Below, piece by piece: positions 50,325 to 62,400 of a stretch of 64,000 bases of DNA (within the stretch, counting starts at the first letter, position 1; the number at the start of each line of letters is the position of its first letter). The position numbers and the translations under genes were made by a program. Source of the DNA: Hyaloraphidium curvatum SAG 235-1 (taxonomy: Eukaryota > Fungi > Monoblepharomycota); NCBI GenBank assembly GCA_025558095.1, contig JAIVFI010000021.1:620001-684000 (forward strand). The letters run 5' to 3'. Under the pieces are notes generated by a model. The model was given only the letters and a program-made list of their open reading frames with translations, was not told the DNA's origin and searched no databases.

Positions 50325-50430
50325 GGGGAAGTCGGATAGCGGCCAATTCCGCCAGTTTAAGGATTCCCTCCTTCAGGGAAGTCGTCCACTGGTCCCGAAA
50401 GGGGCGTGGGTTCGAATCCCACCTTCCTCA
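50325..50430 (+). tRNA. tRNA-Leu(AAG) with a 24-nt intron at 37/38
   Basis: Acceptor GGGGAAG/CTTCCTC+A; D-arm GGA..TCC; anticodon stem CCAGT/ACTGG with TT-AAG-G; variable arm CCC-GAAA-GGG; T-arm GTGGG-TTCGAAT-CCCAC; TTTT at 50447-50450. Confidence 0.9.
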
Positions 50431-53400
50431 ACTAGTGCATTCCACTCTTTTGTCCCTCTGAATGCTATTCTGTTCCACTCCAAGGGCACTGCACATCCGT
50501 TCCCTGCAGCAATAAGCTTTTCTGTTGCTGCCCAGCCGTGCCGCCAGCCCAACAGACAGGGATGGAACGGTATTTGCGTCACCAATACATCTGATTCCTG
50601 ATGCTGACCATCTATGGGATCTGGAGCCTCAAGGAGCGTGGGATACGAATCCCACCTTCCTCGCGCGGGATACGAATCCCACCTTCCTCAACTAGTGCAT
50701 TCCACTCTTTTGTCCCTCTGAATGCTATTCTGTTCCACTCCAAGGGCACTGCACATCCGTTCCCTGCAGCAATAAGCTTTTCTGTTGCTGCCCAGCCGTG
50801 CCGCCAGCCCAACAGACAGGGATGGAACGGTATTTGCGTCACCAATACATCTGATTCCTGATGCTGACCATCTATGGGATCTGGAGCCTCAAGGAGCGTG
50901 GGATACGAATCCCACCTTCCTCGCGCGGGATACGAATCCCACCTTCCTCAACTAGTGCATTCCACTCTTTTGTCCCTCTGAATGCTATTCTGTTCCATTC
51001 CAAGCGCACTGCACCATCCGTTCGGCAGCAAGCTTTTCAGGGTGCCCGGCCGTCGCATGAGCTGAACTCCATCACGGGCTTCCTTTCAAAGTCCACAAAG
51101 GACATGGAAGTCCGGGGAATTGAAAGTGATGCACAACAAGTAAGGACAAGCTTTTGTAAGTGGCAGCACAGTAGAGGTGCCACAGCAATCGCAACGGCAC
51201 GGTACGGTGTGCTAGGGTCTGTCTGTGCTGCTCACCAGTTGTGCTGTTGGACTGTGTCGTGCTCCATTGCCTTCCTAAGCAAGCTGCTCATGCTGACCAT
51301 CTCTGGATCCTCAAGGAGCGTGGGTTCCGAATCCCACCTTCCTCAACTAGTGCATTCCACTCTTTTGTCCCTCTGAATGCTATTCTGTTCCATTCCAAGC
51401 GCACTGCACCATCCGTTCGGCAGCAAGCTTTTCAGGGTGCCCGGCCGTCGCATGAGCTGAACTCCATCACGGGCTTCCTTTCAAAGTCCACAAAGGACAT
51501 GGAAGTCCGGGGAATTGAAAGTGATGCACAACAAGTAAGGACAAGCTTTTGTAAGTGGCAGCACAGTAGAGGTGCCACAGCAATCGCAACGGCACGGTAC
51601 GGTGTGCTAGGGTCTGTCTGTGCTGCTCACCAGTTGTGCTGTTGGACTGTGTCGTGCTCCATTGCCTTCCTAAGCAAGCTGCTCATGCTGACCATCTCTG
51701 GATCCTCAAGGAGCGTGGGTTCCGAATCCCACCTTCCTCAACTAGTGCATTCCACTCTTTTGTCCCTCTGAATGCTATTCTGTTCCATTCCAAGCGCACT
51801 GCACCATCCGTTCGGCAGCAAGCTTTTCAGGGTGCCCGGCCGTCGCATGAGCTGAACTCCATCACGGGCTTCCTTTCAAAGTCCACAAAGGACATGGAAG
51901 TCCGGGGAATTGAAAGTGATGCACAACAAGTAAGGACAAGCTTTTGTAAGTGGCAGCACAGTAGAGGTGCCACAGCAATCGCAACGGCACGGTACGGTGT
52001 GCTAGGGTCTGTCTGTGCTGCTCACCAGTTGTGCTGTTGGACTGTGTCGTGCTCCATTGCCTTCCTAAGCAAGCTGCTCATGCTGACCATCTCTGGATCC
52101 TCAAGGAGCGTGGGTTCCGAATCCCACCTTCCTCAACTAGTGCATTCCACTCTTTTGTCCCTCTGAATGCTATTCTGTTCCATTCCAAGCGCACTGCACC
52201 ATCCGTTCGGCAGCAAGCTTTTCAGGGTGCCCGGCCGTCGCATGAGCTGAACTCCATCACGGGCTTCCTTTCAAAGTCCACAAAGGACATGGAAGTCCGG
52301 GGAATTGAAAGTGATGCACAACAAGTAAGGACAAGCTTTTGTAAGTGGCAGCACAGTAGAGGTGCCACAGCAATCGCAACGGCACGGTACGGTGTGCTAG
52401 GGTCTGTCTGTGCTGCTCACCAGTTGTGCTGTTGGACTGTGTCGTGCTCCATTGCCTTCCTAAGCAAGCTGCTCATGCTGACCATCTCTGGATCCTCAAG
52501 GAGCGTGGGTTCCGAATCCCACCTTCCTCAACTAGTGCATTCCACTCTTTTGTCCCTCTGAATGCTATTCTGTTCCATTCCAAGCGCACTGCACCATCCG
52601 TTCGGCAGCAAGCTTTTCAGGGTGCCCGGCCGTCGCATGAGCTGAACTCCATCACGGGCTTCCTTTCAAAGTCCACAAAGGACATGGAAGTCCGGGGAAT
52701 TGAAAGTGATGCACAACAAGTAAGGACAAGCTTTTGTAAGTGGCAGCACAGTAGAGGTGCCACAGCAATCGCAACGGCACGGTACGGTGTGCTAGGGTCT
52801 GTCTGTGCTGCTCACCAGTTGTGCTGTTGGACTGTGTCGTGCTCCATTGCCTTCCTAAGCAAGCTGCTCATGCTGACCATCTCTGGATCCTCAAGGAGCG
52901 TGGGTTCCGAATCCCACCTTCCTCAACTAGTGCATTCCACTCTTTTGTCCCTCTGAATGCTATTCTGTTCCATTCCAAGCGCACTGCACCATCCGTTCGG
53001 CAGCAAGCTTTTCAGGGTGCCCGGCCGTCGCATGAGCTGAACTCCATCACGGGCTTCCTTTCAAAGTCCACAAAGGACATGGAAGTCCGGGGAATTGAAA
53101 GTGATGCACAACAAGTAAGGACAAGCTTTTGTAAGTGGCAGCACAGTAGAGGTGCCACAGCAATCGCAACGGCACGGTACGGTGTGCTAGGGTCTGTCTG
53201 TGCTGCTCACCAGTTGTGCTGTTGGACTGTGTCGTGCTCCATTGCCTTCCTAAGCAAGCTGCTCATGCTGACCATCTCTGGATCCTCAAGGAGCGTGGGT
53301 TCCGAATCCCACCTTCCTCAACTAGTGCATTCCACTCTTTTGTCCCTCTGAATGCTATTCTGTTCCATTCCAAGCGCACTGCACCATCCGTTCGGCAGCA

Positions 53401-56400
53401 AGCTTTTCAGGGTGCCCGGCCGTCGCATGAGCTGAACTCCATCACGGGCTTCCTTTCAAAGTCCACAAAGGACATGGAAGTCCGGGGAATTGAAAGTGAT
53501 GCACAACAAGTAAGGACAAGCTTTTGTAAGTGGCAGCACAGTAGAGGTGCCACAGCAATCGCAACGGCACGGTACGGTGTGCTAGGGTCTGTCTGTGCTG
53601 CTCACCAGTTGTGCTGTTGGACTGTGTCGTGCTCCATTGCCTTCCTAAGCAAGCTGCTCATGCTGACCATCTCTGGATCCTCAAGGAGCGTGGGTTCCGA
53701 ATCCCACCTTCCTCAACTAGTGCATTCCACTCTTTTGTCCCTCTGAATGCTATTCTGTTCCATTCCAAGCGCACTGCACCATCCGTTCGGCAGCAAGCTT
53801 TTCAGGGTGCCCGGCCGTCGCATGAGCTGAACTCCATCACGGGCTTCCTTTCAAAGTCCACAAAGGACATGGAAGTCCGGGGAATTGAAAGTGATGCACA
53901 ACAAGTAAGGACAAGCTTTTGTAAGTGGCAGCACAGTAGAGGTGCCACAGCAATCGCAACGGCACGGTACGGTGTGCTAGGGTCTGTCTGTGCTGCTCAC
54001 CAGTTGTGCTGTTGGACTGTGTCGTGCTCCATGCACCCTTACATGGGTAGAGCTGCGGTGCATGGCTTCAGAATGCCTTCCTAAGCAAGCTGCTCATGCT
54101 GACCATCTCTGGATCCTCAAAGAGCGTGGGTTCCGAACCCCACCTTCCTCAACTAGTGCATTCCACTCTTTTGTCCCTCTGAATGCTATTCTGTTCCACT
54201 CCAAGGGCACTGCACATCCGTTCCCTGCAGCAATAAGCTTTTCTGTTGCTGCCCAGCCGTGCCGCCAGCCCAACAGACAGGGATGGAACGGTATTTGCGT
54301 CACCAATACATCTGATTCCTGATGCTGACCATCTATGGGATCTGGAGCCTCAACGAGCATGGGATACGAATCCCACCTTCCTCGCGCGGGATACGAATCC
54401 CACCTTCCTCAACTAGTGCATTCCACTCTTTTGTCCCTCTGAATGCTATTCTGTTCCACTCCAAGCGCACTGCACATCCGTTCCCTGCAGCAATAAGCTT
54501 TTCTGTTGCTGCCCAGCCGTGCCGCCAGCCCAACAGACAGCAATGGAACGGCATTTGCGTCACCAATACATCTGATTCCTGATGCTGACCATCTATGGGA
54601 TCTGGAGCCTCAAGGAGCGTGGGATACGAATCCCACCTTCCTCAACTAGTGCATTCCACTCTTTTGTCCCTCTGAATGCTGTTCTGTTCCACTCCAAGGG
54701 CACTGCACATCCGTTCCCTGCAGCAATAAGCTTTTCTGTTGCTGCCCAGCCGTGCCGCCAGCCCAACAGACAGGGATGGAACGGTATTTGCGTCACCAAT
54801 ACATCTGATTCCTGATGCTGACCATCTATGGGATCTGGAGCCTCAACGAGCATGGGATACGAATCCCACCTTCCTCGCGCGGGATACGAATCCCACCTTC
54901 CTCAACTAGTGCATTCCACTCTTTTGTCCCTCTGAATGCTATTCTGTTCCACTCCAAGGGCACTGCACATCCGTTCCCTGCAGCAATAAGCTTTTCTGTT
55001 GCTGCCCAGCCGTGCCGCCAGCCCAACAGACAGGGATGGAACGGCATTTGCGTCACCAATACATCTGATTCCTGATGCTGACCATCTATGGGATCTGGAG
55101 CCTCAACGAGCATGGGATACGAATCCCACCTTCCTCGCGCGGGATACGAATCCTACCTTCCTCAACTAGTGCATTCCACTCTTTTGTCCCTCTGAATGCT
55201 ATTCTGTTCCACTCCAAGGGCACTGCACATCCGTTCCCTGCAGCAATAAGCTTTTCTGTTGCTGCCCAGCCGTGCCGCCAGCCCAACAGACAGGGATGGA
55301 ACGGTATTTGCGTCACCAATACATCTGATTCCTGATGCTGACCATCTATGGGATCTGGAGCCTCAAGGAGCGTGGGATACGAATCCCACCTTCCTCATGC
55401 TGGATGCCCTCTGCTCTTTTGCCCCTCTGAATGCTATTCTGTTCCACTCCAAGGGCACTGCACATCCGTTCCCTGCAGCAATAAGCTTTTCTGTTGCTGC
55501 CCAGCCGTGCCGCCAGCCCAACAGACAGGGATGGAACGGCATTTGCGTCACCAATACATCTGATTCCTGATGCTGACCATCTATGGGATCTGGAGCCTCA
55601 AGGAGCGTGGGATACGAATCCCACCTTCCTCATGCTGGATGCCCTCTGCTCTTTTGCCCCTCTGAATGCTATTCTGTTCCACTCCAAGGGCACTGCACAT
55701 CCGTTCCCTGCAGCAATAAGCTTTTCTGTTGCTGCCCAGCCGTGCCGCCAGCCCAACAGACAGGGATGGAACGGCATTTGCGTCACCAATACATCTGATT
55801 CCTGATGCTGACCATCTATGGGATCTGGAGCCTCAAGGAGCGTGGGATACGAATCCCACCTTCCTCATGCTGGATGCCCTCTGCTCTTTTGCCCCTCTGA
55901 ATGCTATTCTGTTCCACTCCAAGGGCACTGCACATCCGTTCCCTGCAGCAATAAGCTTTTCTGTTGCTGCCCAGCCGTGCCGCCAGCCCAACAGACAGGG
56001 ATGGAACGGTATTTGCGTCACCAATACATCTGATTCCTGATGCTGACCATCTATGGGATCTGGAGCCTCAACGAGCATGGGATACGAATCCCACCTTCCT
56101 CATGCTGGATGCCCTCTGCTCTTTTGCCCCTCTGAATGCTATTCTGTTCCACTCCAAGGGCACTGCACATCCGTTCCCTGCAGCAATAAGCTTTTCTGTT
56201 GCTGCCCAGCCGTGCCGCCAGCCCAACAGACAGGGATGGAACGGCATTTGCGTCACCAATACATCTGATTCCTGATGCTGACCATCTATGGGATCTGGAG
56301 CCTCAAGGAGCGTGGGATACGAATCCCACCTTCCTCGCGCGGGATACGAATCCCACCTTCCTCAACTAGTGCATTCCACTCTTTTGTCCCTCTGAATGCT

Positions 56401-59400
56401 ATTCTGTTCCACTCCAAGGGCACTGCACATCCGTTCCCTGCAGCAATAAGCTTTTCTGTTGCTGCCCAGCCGTGCCGCCAGCCCAACAGACAGGGATGGA
56501 ACGGTATTTGCGTCACCAATACATCTGATTCCTGATGCTGACCATCTATGGGATCTGGAGCCTCAAGGAGCGTGGGATACGAATCCCACCTTCCTCATGC
56601 TGGATGCCCTCTGCTCTTTTGCCCCTCTGAATGCTATTCTGTTCCACTCCAAGGGCACTGCACATCCGTTCCCTGCAGCAATAAGCTTTTCTGTTGCTGC
56701 CCAGCCGTGCCGCCAGCCCAACAGACAGGGATGGAACGGTATTTGCGTCACCAATACATCTGATTCCTGATGCTGACCATCTATGGGATCTGGAGCCTCA
56801 ACGAGCATGGGATACGAATCCCACCTTCCTCGCGCGGGATACGAATCCCACCTTCCTCAACTAGTGCATTCCACTCTTTTGTCCCTCTGAATGCTATTCT
56901 GTTCCACTCCAAGGGCACTGCACATCCGTTCCCTGCAGCAATAAGCTTTTCTGTTGCTGCCCAGCCGTGCCGCCAGCCCAACAGACAGGGATGGAACGGC
57001 ATTTGCGTCACCAATACATCTGATTCCTGATGCTGACCATCTATGGGATCTGGAGCCTCAAGGAGCGTGGGATACGAATCCCACCTTCCTCGCGCGGGAT
57101 ACGAATCCCACCTTCCTCAACTAGTGCATTCCACTCTTTTGTCCCTCTGAATGCTATTCTGTTCCACTCCAAGGGCACTGCACATCCGTTCCCTGCAGCA
57201 ATAAGCTTTTCTGTTGCTGCCCAGCCGTGCCGCCAGCCCAACAGACAGGGATGGAACGGTATTTGCGTCACCAATACATCTGATTCCTGATGCTGACCAT
57301 CTATGGGATCTGGAGCCTCAAGGAGCGTGGGATACGAATCCCACCTTCCTCATGCTGGATGCCCTCTGCTCTTTTGCCCCTCTGAATGCTATTCTGTTCC
57401 ACTCCAAGGGCACTGCACATCCGTTCCCTGCAGCAATAAGCTTTTCTGTTGCTGCCCAGCCGTGCCGCCAGCCCAACAGACAGGGATGGAACGGTATTTG
57501 CGTCACCAATACATCTGATTCCTGATGCTGACCATCTATGGGATCTGGAGCCTCAACGAGCATGGGATACGAATCCCACCTTCCTCGCGCGGGATACGAA
57601 TCCCACCTTCCTCAACTAGTGCATTCCACTCTTTTGTCCCTCTGAATGCTATTCTGTTCCACTCCAAGGGCACTGCACATCCGTTCCCTGCAGCAATAAG
57701 CTTTTCTGTTGCTGCCCAGCCGTGCCGCCAGCCCAACAGACAGGGATGGAACGGCATTTGCGTCACCAATACATCTGATTCCTGATGCTGACCATCTATG
57801 GGATCTGGAGCCTCAAGGAGCGTGGGATACGAATCCCACCTTCCTCGCGCGGGATACGAATCCCACCTTCCTCAACTAGTGCATTCCACTCTTTTGTCCC
57901 TCTGAATGCTATTCTGTTCCACTCCAAGGGCACTGCACATCCGTTCCCTGCAGCAATAAGCTTTTCTGTTGCTGCCCAGCCGTGCCGCCAGCCCAACAGA
58001 CAGGGATGGAACGGTATTTGCGTCACCAATACATCTGATTCCTGATGCTGACCATCTATGGGATCTGGAGCCTCAAGGAGCGTGGGATACGAATCCCACC
58101 TTCCTCATGCTGGATGCCCTCTGCTCTTTTGCCCCTCTGAATGCTATTCTGTTCCACTCCAAGGGCACTGCACATCCGTTCCCTGCAGCAATAAGCTTTT
58201 CTGTTGCTGCCCAGCCGTGCCGCCAGCCCAACAGACAGGGATGGAACGGTATTTGCGTCACCAATACATCTGATTCCTGATGCTGACCATCTATGGGATC
58301 TGGAGCCTCAAGGAGCGTGGGATACGAATCCCACCTTCCTCATGCTGGATGCCCTCTGCTCTTTTGCCCCTCTGAATGCTATTCTGTTCCACTCCAAGGG
58401 CACTGCACATCCGTTCCCTGCAGCAATAAGCTTTTCTGTTGCTGCCCAGCCGTGCCGCCAGCCCAACAGACAGGGATGGAACGGCATTTGCGTCACCAAT
58501 ACATCTGATTCCTGATGCTGACCATCTATGGGATCTGGAGCCTCAACGAGCATGGGATACGAATCCCACCTTCCTCGCGCGGGATACGAATCCCACCTTC
58601 CTCAACTAGTGCATTCCACTCTTTTGTCCCTCTGAATGCTATTCTGTTCCACTCCAAGGGCACTGCACATCCGTTCCCTGCAGCAATAAGCTTTTCTGTT
58701 GCTGCCCAGCCGTGCCGCCAGCCCAACAGACAGGGATGGAACGGTATTTGCGTCACCAATACATCTGATTCCTGATGCTGACCATCTATGGGATCTGGAG
58801 CCTCAACGAGCATGGGATACGAATCCCACCTTCCTCGCGCGGGATACGAATCCCACCTTCCTCAACTAGTGCATTCCACTCTTTTGTCCCTCTGAATGCT
58901 ATTCTGTTCCACTCCAAGGGCACTGCACATCCGTTCCCTGCAGCAATAAGCTTTTCTGTTGCTGCCCAGCCGTGCCGCCAGCCCAACAGACAGGGATGGA
59001 ACGGTATTTGCGTCACCAATACATCTGATTCCTGATGCTGACCATCTATGGGATCTGGAGCCTCAACGAGCATGGGATACGAATCCCACCTTCCTCGCGC
59101 GGGATACGAATCCCACCTTCCTCAACTAGTGCATTCCACTCTTTTGTCCCTCTGAATGCTATTCTGTTCCACTCCAAGGGCACTGCACATCCGTTCCCTG
59201 CAGCAATAAGCTTTTCTGTTGCTGCCCAGCCGTGCCGCCAGCCCAACAGACAGCAATGGAACGGCATTTGCGTCACCAATACATCTGATTCCTGATGCTG
59301 ACCATCTATGGGATCTGGAGCCTCAACGAGCATGGGATACGAATCCCACCTTCCTCGCGCGGGATACGAATCCCACCTTCCTCAACTAGTGCATTCCACT

Positions 59401-62400
59401 CTTTTGTCCCTCTGAATGCTATTCTGTTCCACTCCAAGGGCACTGCACATCCGTTCCCTGCAGCAATAAGCTTTTCTGTTGCTGCCCAGCCGTGCCGCCA
59501 GCCCAACAGACAGGGATGGAACGGTATTTGCGTCACCAATACATCTGATTCCTGATGCTGACCATCTATGGGATCTGGAGCCTCAAGGAGCGTGGGATAC
59601 GAATCCCACCTTCCTCATGCTGGATGCCCTCTGCTCTTTTGCCCCTCTGAATGCTATTCTGTTCCACTCCAAGGGCACTGCACATCCGTTCCCTGCAGCA
59701 ATAAGCTTTTCTGTTGCTGCCCAGCCGTGCCGCCAGCCCAACAGACAGGGATGGAACGGCATTTGCGTCACCAATACATCTGATTCCTGATGCTGACCAT
59801 CTATGGGATCTGGAGCCTCAAGGAGCGTGGGATACGAATCCCACCTTCCTCATGCTGGATGCCCTCTGCTCTTTTGCCCCTCTGAATGCTATTCTGTTCC
59901 ACTCCAAGGGCACTGCACATCCGTTCCCTGCAGCAATAAGCTTTTCTGTTGCTGCCCAGCCGTGCCGCCAGCCCAACAGACAGGGATGGAACGGCATTTG
60001 CGTCACCAATACATCTGATTCCTGATGCTGACCATCTATGGGATCTGGAGCCTCAAGGAGCGTGGGATACGAATCCCACCTTCCTCATGCTGGATGCCCT
60101 CTGCTCTTTTGCCCCTCTGAATGCTATTCTGTTCCACTCCAAGGGCACTGCACATCCGTTCCCTGCAGCAATAAGCTTTTCTGTTGCTGCCCAGCCGTGC
60201 CGCCAGCCCAACAGACAGGGATGGAACGGTATTTGCGTCACCAATACATCTGATTCCTGATGCTGACCATCTATGGGATCTGGAGCCTCAAGGAGCGTGG
60301 GATACGAATCCCACCTTCCTCATGCTGGATGCCCTCTGCTCTTTTGCCCCTCTGAATGCTATTCTGTTCCACTCCAAGGGCACTGCACATCCGTTCCCTG
60401 CAGCAATAAGCTTTTCTGTTGCTGCCCAGCCGTGCCGCCAGCCCAACAGACAGGGATGGAACGGCATTTGCGTCACCAATACATCTGATTCCTGATGCTG
60501 ACCATCTATGGGATCTGGAGCCTCAACGAGCATGGGATACGAATCCCACCTTCCTCGCGCGGGATACGAATCCCACCTTCCTCAACTAGTGCATTCCACT
60601 CTTTTGTCCCTCTGAATGCTATTCTGTTCCACTCCAAGGGCACTGCACATCCGTTCCCTGCAGCAATAAGCTTTTCTGTTGCTGCCCAGCCGTGCCGCCA
60701 GCCCAACAGACAGGGATGGAACGGTATTTGCGTCACCAATACATCTGATTCCTGATGCTGACCATCTATGGGATCTGGAGCCTCAACGAGCATGGGATAC
60801 GAATCCCACCTTCCTCGCGCGGGATACGAATCCCACCTTCCTCAACTAGTGCATTCCACTCTTTTGTCCCTCTGAATGCTATTCTGTTCCACTCCAAGGG
60901 CACTGCACATCCGTTCCCTGCAGCAATAAGCTTTTCTGTTGCTGCCCAGCCGTGCCGCCAGCCCAACAGACAGGGATGGAACGGTATTTGCGTCACCAAT
61001 ACATCTGATTCCTGATGCTGACCATCTATGGGATCTGGAGCCTCAACGAGCATGGGATACGAATCCCACCTTCCTCGCGCGGGATACGAATCCCACCTTC
61101 CTCAACTAGTGCATTCCACTCTTTTGTCCCTCTGAATGCTATTCTGTTCCACTCCAAGGGCACTGCACATCCGTTCCCTGCAGCAATAAGCTTTTCTGTT
61201 GCTGCCCAGCCGTGCCGCCAGCCCAACAGACAGGGATGGAACGGTATTTGCGTCACCAATACATCTGATTCCTGATGCTGACCATCTATGGGATCTGGAG
61301 CCTCAAGGAGCGTGGGATACGAATCCCACCTTCCTCATGCTGGATGCCCTCTGCTCTTTTGCCCCTCTGAATGCTATTCTGTTCCACTCCAAGGGCACTG
61401 CACATCCGTTCCCTGCAGCAATAAGCTTTTCTGTTGCTGCCCAGCCGTGCCGCCAGCCCAACAGACAGGGATGGAACGGTATTTGCGTCACCAATACATC
61501 TGATTCCTGATGCTGACCATCTATGGGATCTGGAGCCTCAAGGAGCGTGGGATACGAATCCCACCTTCCTCATGCTGGATGCCCTCTGCTCTTTTGCCCC
61601 TCTGAATGCTATTCTGTTCCACTCCAAGGGCACTGCACATCCGTTCCCTGCAGCAATAAGCTTTTCTGTTGCTGCCCAGCCGTGCCGCCAGCCCAACAGA
61701 CAGGGATGGAACGGCATTTGCGTCACCAATACATCTGATTCCTGATGCTGACCATCTATGGGATCTGGAGCCTCAACGAGCATGGGATACGAATCCCACC
61801 TTCCTCGCGCGGGATACGAATCCCACCTTCCTCAACTAGTGCATTCCACTCTTTTGTCCCTCTGAATGCTATTCTGTTCCACTCCAAGGGCACTGCACAT
61901 CCGTTCCCTGCAGCAATAAGCTTTTCTGTTGCTGCCCAGCCGTGCCGCCAGCCCAACAGACAGGGATGGAACGGTATTTGCGTCACCAATACATCTGATT
62001 CCTGATGCTGACCATCTATGGGATCTGGAGCCTCAACGAGCATGGGATACGAATCCCACCTTCCTCGCGCGGGATACGAATCCCACCTTCCTCAACTAGT
62101 GCATTCCACTCTTTTGTCCCTCTGAATGCTATTCTGTTCCACTCCAAGGGCACTGCACATCCGTTCCCTGCAGCAATAAGCTTTTCTGTTGCTGCCCAGC
62201 CGTGCCGCCAGCCCAACAGACAGGGATGGAACGGTATTTGCGTCACCAATACATCTGATTCCTGATGCTGACCATCTATGGGATCTGGAGCCTCAACGAG
62301 CATGGGATACGAATCCCACCTTCCTCGCGCGGGATACGAATCCCACCTTCCTCAACTAGTGCATTCCACTCTTTTGCCCCTCTGAATGCTATTCTGTTCC

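Noticed and set aside
50406-50436. Helitron 3' end (hairpin followed by CTAG|T)
   Set aside because: The hairpin is the tRNA T-arm, B monomers lack CTAG, junctions are not CTAG|TC, and no Rep/helicase is seen.
45245-51345. Trans-spliced split tRNA (5' half plus arrayed 3' halves)
   Set aside because: Neither part supplies an anticodon, the T-loops are mutated, the 31-39 pair would mismatch, no complementary leader/trailer is seen, and an intact gene is present.
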